Shown piece by piece: positions 23,665 to 30,359 of a DNA stretch of 32,000 nucleotides. Each line of letters opens with the position of its first letter. Within the stretch, counting starts at the first letter, position 1. The DNA comes from Delftia acidovorans NBRC 14950 (GTDB taxonomy: Bacteria; Pseudomonadota; Gammaproteobacteria; Burkholderiales; Burkholderiaceae_C). The stretch is from NCBI RefSeq assembly GCF_001598795.1, contig NZ_BCZP01000005.1, forward strand, positions 240,001 through 272,000. The letters are read 5' to 3'. Under the pieces are notes generated by a model. That model saw only the letters and a list, made by a program, of their open reading frames with translations, ran no database searches and was not told where the DNA came from. Both the position numbers and the translations under genes were made by a program.

Positions 23665-25536
23665 TTATGCCCCGCCCTGCAGCCGTGCCGCGCGCTGGGC
23701 CAGCCGCTGCTGCTCCGAGGCGCGCAGGGCAGCGATCTGCGCCAGGATCTGCTGCTGCTTTTCCATCAGGCGCTGCGTGTGCACGCCATGCGCATCCCCC
23801 GCCAGGCCCTGGGCAATGCAGGCCAGCGCGCGCGCCGGGTCGCCGCGCTGTTGCCAGGTGTAGGCCAGGTTGAGCTGGGTGCGCGCATCGCGCGGGTCTA
23901 TGCCTTCGGCCTGCAGGTAGGCCTCATGCGCGGCCGCGAACTGCTCCTGGCAGAACAGGCAGTCGCCCAGCACATTCCACAACCAGGTACTGAGCCAGGG
24001 ATTGAGGTCCAGCGCGCTGCGCGCCAGCTCGATGCCGGCGGCAAAGTCCCGCAGCTGCAGGCCCACGAATTCGGCCACCTCGCCCAGCAGCCGCCAGTCG
24101 CGCGGGCTGCGGGTGATGGCCTGGCGGTAGCTTTCCAAAGCGGCGTCCTGGCGGCCCGACTCCAGGTGCGTGCGAGCCTCATGGGCCGGGGCCTCGAAGA
24201 ACTGCTGCGCGTCGGCGCTGAAGCGGTTGAGAAAGGCGGCCGCCGTGCGCTCGCATCCCTCGCCGATCAGCAGCCGCGCATGGATGGCCCTTTGCGCATC
24301 GCCCGAAGGCGCCAGCACCTGCCAGCCCTCGCGCCCGAACAATTGCGCCAGCAGCGGAAAGTTCAGGCCGATGGCGCTGGTGCGGCCAAAGCGCTGGGAG
24401 GCGCCCGCTTGGGCCGCCGCCTCGGGCGTGCAGGCGCCGTAGTCGTTGATGAGCACCAGCCCCTTGGGCGCCAGCCGCTTGTGCAGCGTCTGCAGCGCGC
24501 CAAAGGCGCCGTGGTTGACCAGCAGGCGTGGTGCCGCCTCGCTGACGGACAAGGCGGCATCCACCCAGGGCGACAGCGCTGTCTGGTCGCAGTCGAAGAA
24601 GCCCACCTCCTGCTCGAACAGGCCCACCAGGGGCAGCAGGCGCGCACGCTGGGCCGCATCCGCATGGTCCACCAGGGCACGGATCTCGCCCGGCGACAGC
24701 GCGGTGTACTGGCGCACGAGCTGGGCGTCATCGGTGAGGCGGGTGCGTATGCGCAATTCCTGCACCGGCCCATCGCCCTGCCGCCGCACGACGGTGGCAG
24801 GCAGTACGTCCAGCACGTAGTTGCAGAACACGGCGTGCAGCAGCGGCAGGGGCACCGTGCTGCCGTCCGGCAGCTGCATGGCCTCGGGCCGCATGGCGTC
24901 GCAGCAGCCGGCCACGACCTGGCCGCCGAACTCGGCAAACAGGGCGCGCTCCTGCCATTGCGCGACCGTGCGGGGAGAGCCGTCGGTGACGTAGTAGACC
25001 AGCCGCTGGTCGAAATCACGCCCTTCCTGCTGGCACAGGTGCCGGAAGGCCTGCAGGAACATGCGCGCAAACAGGCCGCAGCCGGCACCCAATTCCAGCA
25101 CGGCAATGGCGCCTTGCGGCGCGGTGTCCGCGCAGTGGTGGAACAGCAGGGCCGCCGCATCCTCCGAGAGGCGGCCGCTGTTGTTGACCACGTAGGGCAC
25201 TTCGTTCTCGGCAAAGGTCAGCAGGCCGGCCTGCGCCCAGTGCAGGTGACCCAGCTCCCACTCGATGCTTTCGGTGATGGGGCGAAAGTCCTGCAGCAGC
25301 TGCGAGGCAACGCGCACGCCCGAAAGAACGTCCTGCGGGGCGCGGATGGCAGGCGGCCCGCACGGCGCTGCGTCAGCGTCCATGGCGGGAAGGGACGCCG
25401 AAAGGGACGCGGACAGGGACACAGGCAGGGGCAGCGAAAGGGACAGTGGCGCGCGCAGGGCGGCCTCGCCCGTCGAAGGGTCGATTCTCAAGATGCTCTC
25501 TCCGGAAGATGCGATGGGAGTGACGCCTGCCTGCAC
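23665..25536 (-). CDS. SAM-dependent methyltransferase (Methyltransf_28 / MidA-NDUFAF7-like) fused to C-terminal TPR-like repeats; gene C of the unassigned module
   Basis: Motif I is VLELGAGCGLFARMF. The blocks YYVTDGSPRTVAQWQ and AVFCNYVLDVLPATVV...ELRI resemble the lvE.Sp.l...Q and aNEffDAlPv...w.E..V blocks of the DUF185/MidA family. The C-terminal ~170 aa have TPR-like A/L/Y/W periodicity (ALESYRQAI..., AHEAYLQAEGIDPRDARTQLNLAYTWQQRGDPARAL). The start is uncertain: GTG 25536 or ATG 25383. Confidence 0.7.
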   Translation of the reverse strand: MQAGVTPIASSGESILRIDPSTGEAALRAPLSLSLPLPVSLSASLSASLPAMDADAAPCGPPAIRAPQDVLSGVRVASQLLQDFRPITESIEWELGHLHWAQAGLLTFAENEVPYVVNNSGRLSEDAAALLFHHCADTAPQGAIAVLELGAGCGLFARMFLQAFRHLCQQEGRDFDQRLVYYVTDGSPRTVAQWQERALFAEFGGQVVAGCCDAMRPEAMQLPDGSTVPLPLLHAVFCNYVLDVLPATVVRRQGDGPVQELRIRTRLTDDAQLVRQYTALSPGEIRALVDHADAAQRARLLPLVGLFEQEVGFFDCDQTALSPWVDAALSVSEAAPRLLVNHGAFGALQTLHKRLAPKGLVLINDYGACTPEAAAQAGASQRFGRTSAIGLNFPLLAQLFGREGWQVLAPSGDAQRAIHARLLIGEGCERTAAAFLNRFSADAQQFFEAPAHEARTHLESGRQDAALESYRQAITRSPRDWRLLGEVAEFVGLQLRDFAAGIELARSALDLNPWLSTWLWNVLGDCLFCQEQFAAAHEAYLQAEGIDPRDARTQLNLAYTWQQRGDPARALACIAQGLAGDAHGVHTQRLMEKQQQILAQIAALRASEQQRLAQRAARLQGGA

Positions 25537-25555
25537 GGCAGGCGTCCGGCCAGGC

Positions 25556-26656
25556 TCAGGGCACGGGCGCCCACTTGGACCAGTTCAGGTCGGCCTGCTC
25601 GAAATCGGCCTTGAGCATGCGGCGCATGGCGTCCACCTCGTTCTGGGTGATCTGCGCTTCCTTGACCTGCTTGCCGGTGGCCGCCGTGCGGGCCTTGGCA
25701 AGATCGGCCTTGGTCACGGAGGCTGTTCCAGCCCAGATGGACTTGGCGGACCCCACATTCACCCAATGCTTGCCCTGGGACTGCAGGTCGGCCTGGTAGG
25801 CGGATTTCCAGCCCATGTTGTTCTGCGACACGGCGTTGAGCAGCTTGGCCAGCGAGCGCTGGTTGCTCACCCCCTGCTGGGCGAATGCCTGCAGGTGAAC
25901 GCGCTCGAACTTCAGCGGCAGCAGGCCCTGCTTGGCCGCCAGGCTGTCGCGCTCATTCCACCAGCGCGATGCATCGGCGGACTTGACGGCCTCCAGCTGG
26001 TTGAGCCAGTCGGCATCGGTGACGATGCTGCCGTCGCCCTTGACCCACTGGAAGCGCTTGAAGCCGATGTCGGCCGCGCGGCCGAAGTTGTGGTTGCTCT
26101 CGCCCGGGCCGGCCTTGGTCTGGGTCTCGGCGGCCTGCTGGGCAAAGGTGCGCCGGCGCCCCGTGGGCGTGATCCACAGCGCGATCTTGTGCGTGTCATA
26201 CATCTGCTGCACCAGGCTGGCCAGCTTGGCGCGGAAGGTGGGCTCGTACTCCGCATCGTTGGCAATGGCGGCCTTGCTGGTGGCCACGTCCTGGGCCTTG
26301 GCCTCCAGGTACACCGTCTTGGAGTTCTGCGCGGCGCGCATGCCCTGGTGCGAGGCCGGCAGCATGCCGCTGAGCTTGGCCACCGTGGCCCCTCCGGCTG
26401 CCGCCAGGCCCAGCGCCTCCTTGGCACCCCCGGCCTGCGGCTGGCCCGGCGCGGCCTTGGCGGCGGCCAGCTTGTGGTCGTTCTGGAAACGCTCCAGCGC
26501 GGCGCGCGTCTGCGCGCCGTAGCTGCCGTCGTAGTCCACGCCCAGATACGGCGCGTTCTTGGCGTCCTTGACCACGCGCAGCATGGCCTGCAGCAGGGCC
26601 ACGTCATGCACCTGGTTGCTGCCGCCCTCGCCTACGCTGTCCTTGATGTCAGGCAT
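25556..26656 (-). CDS. Peptidoglycan-binding-domain protein with M15/VanY-type (LAS) zinc peptidase signature, no signal peptide; gene B of the module
   Basis: ATG 26656 is preceded by GAGGGGAG. The PG_binding_1-like segment is VHDVALLQAMLRVV...LGVDYDGSYGAQTRAALERFQ. The catalytic blocks are GRRRTFAQQ...AGPGESNHNFGRAADI (SxHxxGxAxD) and FERVH (ExxH). The N-terminus MPDIKDSVGEGGSNQ is hydrophilic. Confidence 0.7.
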   Translation of the reverse strand: MPDIKDSVGEGGSNQVHDVALLQAMLRVVKDAKNAPYLGVDYDGSYGAQTRAALERFQNDHKLAAAKAAPGQPQAGGAKEALGLAAAGGATVAKLSGMLPASHQGMRAAQNSKTVYLEAKAQDVATSKAAIANDAEYEPTFRAKLASLVQQMYDTHKIALWITPTGRRRTFAQQAAETQTKAGPGESNHNFGRAADIGFKRFQWVKGDGSIVTDADWLNQLEAVKSADASRWWNERDSLAAKQGLLPLKFERVHLQAFAQQGVSNQRSLAKLLNAVSQNNMGWKSAYQADLQSQGKHWVNVGSAKSIWAGTASVTKADLAKARTAATGKQVKEAQITQNEVDAMRRMLKADFEQADLNWSKWAPVP

Positions 26657-26701
26657 GTTTCTCCCCTCTTTGTGGTTGTCGATATGGCCCGCAGCACCGG
26701 C

Positions 26702-27748
26702 TCAGCGGGCGGGCTCGGGTTTGCGGTCGGGTTTGCGGTCGGGTTTGTTGCCGGGCTTCAGGCCGGCATCCGGCAGCAGGTGCACCAATGGCACGGTGCG
26801 CGGCTGCAGGCTGGCCGAACAGGCACGCAGCCGCAGCGATTCGGCATGCGCCTGCGCCATGTCCGCCGCCACCTGCACCAGAGCGTGATGGGGCGCGGCG
26901 CCTGCGGGACGTGTGCGCACGACGGAATAGGCGCCCAGGCATTCAGCCTGCTGCGCGCGCGCGGCACGCGCTGCCGCCACGCTGGCATAGCGCGCCGCCA
27001 CCACGGCCTGCACGGCGGCCGGTGGTGCCGAGGCCTGCTCGGCAAACGCCTGCCGGCCCTTGTTCCAGCGCAGGCTGCGGGTCTCGATCTGGTCGGGCGC
27101 ATCGTCCTGCGGTGATGCATAGCGCACCAGCAGCACCGGAATCCGGCCCGTGGGCGCCAGCACCCAGCTTTGGTAGTTGCCCTGGGGCTCGTCGTACTGC
27201 CAGGCCAGGTGCGGGCCCTGGGCGGTGGCGACATACAGCGCATGGCGGCGCTTGGGATGCTCAAAGCCCCCCATCTGCGTGACCAGCAGCGCACGCGAGC
27301 CGCCCTGCACACCGGGCAGGCGCAAGCTGCGCACGGCAGCGGTGACGGTGTCTTCCTCCTCGCCAGTCGTCCACACGCGCTCGAGGTGCTGGAGCCCTGC
27401 TGCCGCAGACAGCGGATCGCCCACGCCGTACAGCGGATCGGGCTGCGCCAATTGCGCCGGCCCCCTGGACGCAGGCCAGGACAGCGCCGCTGGCTGGCCC
27501 TGCTGCACACCGGCACGCACCAGCCGCAACTCAAAGGGACAAGGCGCCGCCGTGCAGGCAGGCAGCGACAACTCATAGGCAGGCGCCCCCTTGGCCGTGC
27601 CGGACGGCAGGCTTTCCAGCACCTGCCGCTGCGGCCCGGCAGCGAGCGCCGCCCCGGCACCCAGCACCGCCGCAAGGCTCAAGGCCAGTGCCCGCCATGG
27701 CAGCGCCCCGCCACAGTAAAAATCGGAGCGCATTGAATGGTGAGCCAT
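26702..27748 (-). CDS. Secreted hypothetical protein with C-terminal KPDR repeats; gene A of the module
   Basis: 348-aa ORF with codon usage like its neighbours. The signal-peptide-like segment is WRALALSLAAVLGAGAALAAG. I recognise no family motif. Both candidate starts (ATG 27748 and ATG 27733) lack a good SD. Confidence 0.55.
   Translation of the reverse strand: MAHHSMRSDFYCGGALPWRALALSLAAVLGAGAALAAGPQRQVLESLPSGTAKGAPAYELSLPACTAAPCPFELRLVRAGVQQGQPAALSWPASRGPAQLAQPDPLYGVGDPLSAAAGLQHLERVWTTGEEEDTVTAAVRSLRLPGVQGGSRALLVTQMGGFEHPKRRHALYVATAQGPHLAWQYDEPQGNYQSWVLAPTGRIPVLLVRYASPQDDAPDQIETRSLRWNKGRQAFAEQASAPPAAVQAVVAARYASVAAARAARAQQAECLGAYSVVRTRPAGAAPHHALVQVAADMAQAHAESLRLRACSASLQPRTVPLVHLLPDAGLKPGNKPDRKPDRKPEPAR
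26715..26750. repeat. Three tandem 12-nt units (tcgggtttgcgg x2 plus one variant) encoding the KPDR-KPDR-KPGN tail of gene A
   Basis: Direct reading: 26715-26726 and 26727-26738 are identical. 26739-26750 differs from them at 2 positions. Confidence 0.85.
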
Positions 27749-27893
27749 GGTGATAGCGGGTTTCTATGATTGGCCTGGGCTGTCGATACGCCGCAATACA
27801 GGAGGAATCTGCCGCAATGGGCTTGAAACAGGCATTTCAAGGCCCGGCGCCGCAGGCATTGTCTACAAGCTGGCATGCGGCGTCTGTTGCAAA

Positions 27894-27948
27894 ATGCATC
27901 CGGCGCTTGAGAATTGCATTCAACATTTGCAATTCATCCAGGATGCAT
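27894..27948. repeat. Nested inverted repeats in the A+T-rich intergenic region (candidate operator or RNA structure)
   Basis: The outer arms are ATGCATCC (27894-27901) and GGATGCAT (27941-27948). The inner arms are GAATTGCA (27911-27918) and TGCAATTC (27928-27935). TGCA-core motifs recur in the flanks. Confidence 0.6.
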
Positions 27949-28330
27949 TCTGGAACCGTTCAAACCAGATAAATTTCATTTGCACAAAAATCAACAATAT
28001 CAATGACTTACATGAAATTCACCCCAATTTCACAAAGCAAGGAAAATACCTTCTTGTATACATGACAACTCCCGACATCTGCCTCCATCGAATGCAAGGG
28101 CTGAGGAAAGCCTGAATCAATGCGGATACGCCATGACTTGCCCACTGCAAATAGTGCGCACCGAGGATTCCCTTGATGGACCCGCATCACAAGTTCGCCG
28201 GATTTCACGATACTGCAACCATTCACCATCCCAAATGGCTTGCGGCTGAACGACCGGGGCTGCCTTGCCGGTTGTACCTGCAAGGTGCAGCGGGGCGCAC
28301 CTGCATCGCTGCCGGTTCCAGCTTCTTACC

Positions 28331-28357
28331 TTGACCACCCGAAATCACTGCTACAAT
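28331..28357 (+). promoter_or_regulatory. Sigma-70 promoter of tRNA-Ser copy 2 (TTGACC -35, extended -10 TGcTACAAT)
   Basis: TTGACC lies at 28331-28336, followed by a 15-nt spacer and TACAAT at 28352-28357, which is preceded by TGc. The -10 element ends 10 nt before the tRNA 5' end, as at copy 1. Confidence 0.5.
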
Positions 28358-28367
28358 CGCTGGCTTC

Positions 28368-28457
<90 letters not shown>

Positions 28458-28467
28458 TACACCCAGC

Positions 28468-28500
28468 AAAACGGGCCCCTACACGGGGCCCGTTTTCGTT
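28468..28500 (+). terminator. Rho-independent terminator after tRNA-Ser copy 2
   Basis: The stem ACGGGCCCC (28471-28479) pairs with GGGGCCCGT (28485-28493) across a 5-nt loop, followed by TTTCGTTT. Confidence 0.8.
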
Positions 28501-28832
28501 TCCGGGCCGGCTTGTGGCAAGGTTCATGCCCAGGTTTGCGCCCGCCGTGCCCGCCCCTGCCCCGGCCCCGCGCACCGGCCGCACATCAGGGAAAGCGACA
28601 GCACGGACACCCCCTCCAAGCCTTGCGCAGACGCGCCCCAGGGCTTGCAATAGGCAGCAGCTGGCAGCAATAGGCAAGCGTCTGACAAGCACATCCTTGT
28701 TTCGGTGATGTACTAGCTGCAACAAAGCCCCCAGGCGCGCAGCTTTATGCAACAGCACCCCTGGCGCGAACGTGCATCCAGCCCCATGGCGCGCATGGCT
28801 TGCGGCGCTTGAGATTCGACGGAGGTTCCCCA

Positions 28833-28997
28833 ATGGAAAGCAAGGTCATCAAGCTCCCTCAAGTCCTCTTAACTTCCGTCAATTTCCCTCAATTGACGAT
28901 AGTTTTCAATCGAATCGGAGCAATCGATCGAAAATTCCAAAAACCCGCCGTATATTCCACACCGCTTTGCAGCCTGCCCGGCCCGTCTTCGGGCTGA
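28833..28997 (+). CDS. Possible 54-aa upstream ORF/leader peptide in the low-GC leader of wecB (hypothetical)
   Basis: ATG 28833 lies 7 nt after a perfect GGAGG. It encodes MESKVIKLPQVLLTSVNFPQLTIVFNRIGAIDRKFQKPAVYSTPLCSLPGPSSG. Its codon usage (TTA, ATA, CGA, AAT) is unlike the host genes. The stop lies inside a 7-bp hairpin. I recognise no family. Confidence 0.25.
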   Translation: MESKVIKLPQVLLTSVNFPQLTIVFNRIGAIDRKFQKPAVYSTPLCSLPGPSSG

Positions 28998-29078
28998 GAC
29001 GGGTCCTGCCCCTGCCGGGTACAGCGCAGCACAAGAACGCACAAGCGAAGAGCACAGGAAAACGCAAAAGGGGTTGGC

Positions 29079-30281
29079 ATGAAGATTCTTTCGTTTTTCG
29101 GGACCCGTCCCGAGGCCATCAAGATGGCGCCACTGGTCACGGCCCTGTCGCAGACGCGGGGCATCGAGAGCGTGGTGTGCGTCACCGGCCAGCACCGGCA
29201 GATGCTGGACCAGGTGATGGATCTGTTCGGCCTGCAGGCGCAGCACGATCTCGCCGTCATGCAACCCAACCAGACGCTCAACGGCCTGTTCTCCCGCGTG
29301 GTGGCAGGTGCCGATGGCGTGCTCGAGCAGGAAAAGCCCGACTACGTACTGGTGCACGGCGACACCAGCACGGCCACGGCCTGCGCGCTGGCGGCGTTTC
29401 ACCGCCGCATTCCGGTGGGCCACGTGGAAGCCGGCCTGCGCACCGGCGATCTGGCCCAGCCCTTTCCCGAAGAGATGAACCGCCGCGTGGTCGATGTGGT
29501 CAGCCAGTGGATGTTTGCGCCCACGCCCACGTCGCGCGCCAACCTGCTGGGCGAGAACCTGCAGGGCCGCATCGCCGTGACGGGCAACACCGTCATCGAT
29601 GCGCTGGCCACGCTGTGCGACCGGCTCGATGCCCAGCCCGAGCTGGCCCGTGCCATTGCCCAGCGCCATCCCTGGGTGGATGCGCAGCGCCCGCTGCTGC
29701 TGGTCACGGGACACCGGCGCGAGAATTTCGGCGAAGGCTTCCAGAACATCTGCGCTGCGCTGGCCGAGCTGGCGCAGCGCCATCCGGACCTGCTCATCGT
29801 CTACCCCGTGCACTTCAACCCCGCCGTGCGCGAAGTGGTCATGCGCACGCTGGGCGGCATGGACAACATCCGCCTCATCGATCCGCTGGACTATGTGGAC
29901 TTCGTCTGGTTCATGCAGCGCGCCCACATCATCCTGACCGACTCCGGCGGCGTGCAGGAAGAGGCGCCCTACCTGGGCAAGCCCGTGCTGGTGATGCGCG
30001 AGGTGACCGAGCGGCCCGAGGCCGTATCGGCCGGCACCGTGCTGCTGGTGGGCACGCAGCGCGCGCGCATCGTGGCCGAGGTCAACCGGCTGCTGGCCGA
30101 CGAGGGGCACCACGCCTCGTTTGCGCGCCGCATCAATCCCTATGGCGATGGCCAGGCCTCGCAGCGCATCGTGCGCGCCCTGCTGGGACAGCCCTTCGAC
30201 GAGTTTGCCGCCGGACACACAGGCGGCGCGGCCGTCCCGGGCATCACGGCCGCCGTGACCAAGGGCATGGCGCCGGCCTGA
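29079..30281 (+). CDS. wecB: UDP-N-acetylglucosamine 2-epimerase (non-hydrolysing)
   Basis: MKILSFFGTRPEAIKMAPLV...VCVTGQHRQMLDQV...DYVLVHGDTSTA...HVEAGLRT...PFPEEMNRR...ILTDSGGVQEEAP.LGKPVLVMR..TERPE are all canonical WecB/MnaA blocks. Confidence 0.9.
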   Translation: MKILSFFGTRPEAIKMAPLVTALSQTRGIESVVCVTGQHRQMLDQVMDLFGLQAQHDLAVMQPNQTLNGLFSRVVAGADGVLEQEKPDYVLVHGDTSTATACALAAFHRRIPVGHVEAGLRTGDLAQPFPEEMNRRVVDVVSQWMFAPTPTSRANLLGENLQGRIAVTGNTVIDALATLCDRLDAQPELARAIAQRHPWVDAQRPLLLVTGHRRENFGEGFQNICAALAELAQRHPDLLIVYPVHFNPAVREVVMRTLGGMDNIRLIDPLDYVDFVWFMQRAHIILTDSGGVQEEAPYLGKPVLVMREVTERPEAVSAGTVLLVGTQRARIVAEVNRLLADEGHHASFARRINPYGDGQASQRIVRALLGQPFDEFAAGHTGGAAVPGITAAVTKGMAPA

Positions 30282-30359
30282 ACCACGCACGCACCACCCG
30301 CGCACCACGTCCACGAAGCGCATTACGAATCGAGCACCGAAGTGAGAAAAGAGGCCCCC

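Noticed and set aside
25391-26750. Short tandem and dispersed repeats (the GGGAC words and the 12-nt KPDR units) as a possible CRISPR or other array
   Set aside because: The units are 6-12 nt long, contiguous or irregularly spaced, and lie inside coding frames. There is no repeat-spacer architecture and no cas genes.
23557-27115. Plus-strand ORFs 23557-25614 (685 aa) and 25265-27115 (616 aa) opposite the three-gene module
   Set aside because: I considered them carefully because the module is unassigned. However, the minus-strand frames carry recognisable SAM-MTase, TPR, PG-binding and M15 motifs, a good SD and tight gene spacing. The plus-strand translations are Arg/Gly/Ala/Leu-biased and have no motif.
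27747-28338. Small ORFs inside the A+T-rich region (27747-28115 on the plus strand, 28008-28283 and 28117-28338 on the minus strand)
   Set aside because: Their composition is Cys/His/Asn-rich and not protein-like. They have no SD and they overlap one another. The region is better explained as non-coding regulatory or foreign DNA, though I cannot exclude a translated small protein.
28940-29078. Possible c-di-GMP (GEMM-type) riboswitch in front of wecB, prompted by the word acgcaaaagg and the polysaccharide context
   Set aside because: Only one short word resembles the conserved ACGCAAAGC segment. I could not build the paired P1/P2 helices or find the GGCAAAC-type tetraloop-receptor elements by eye. 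It needs an Infernal scan before any claim.
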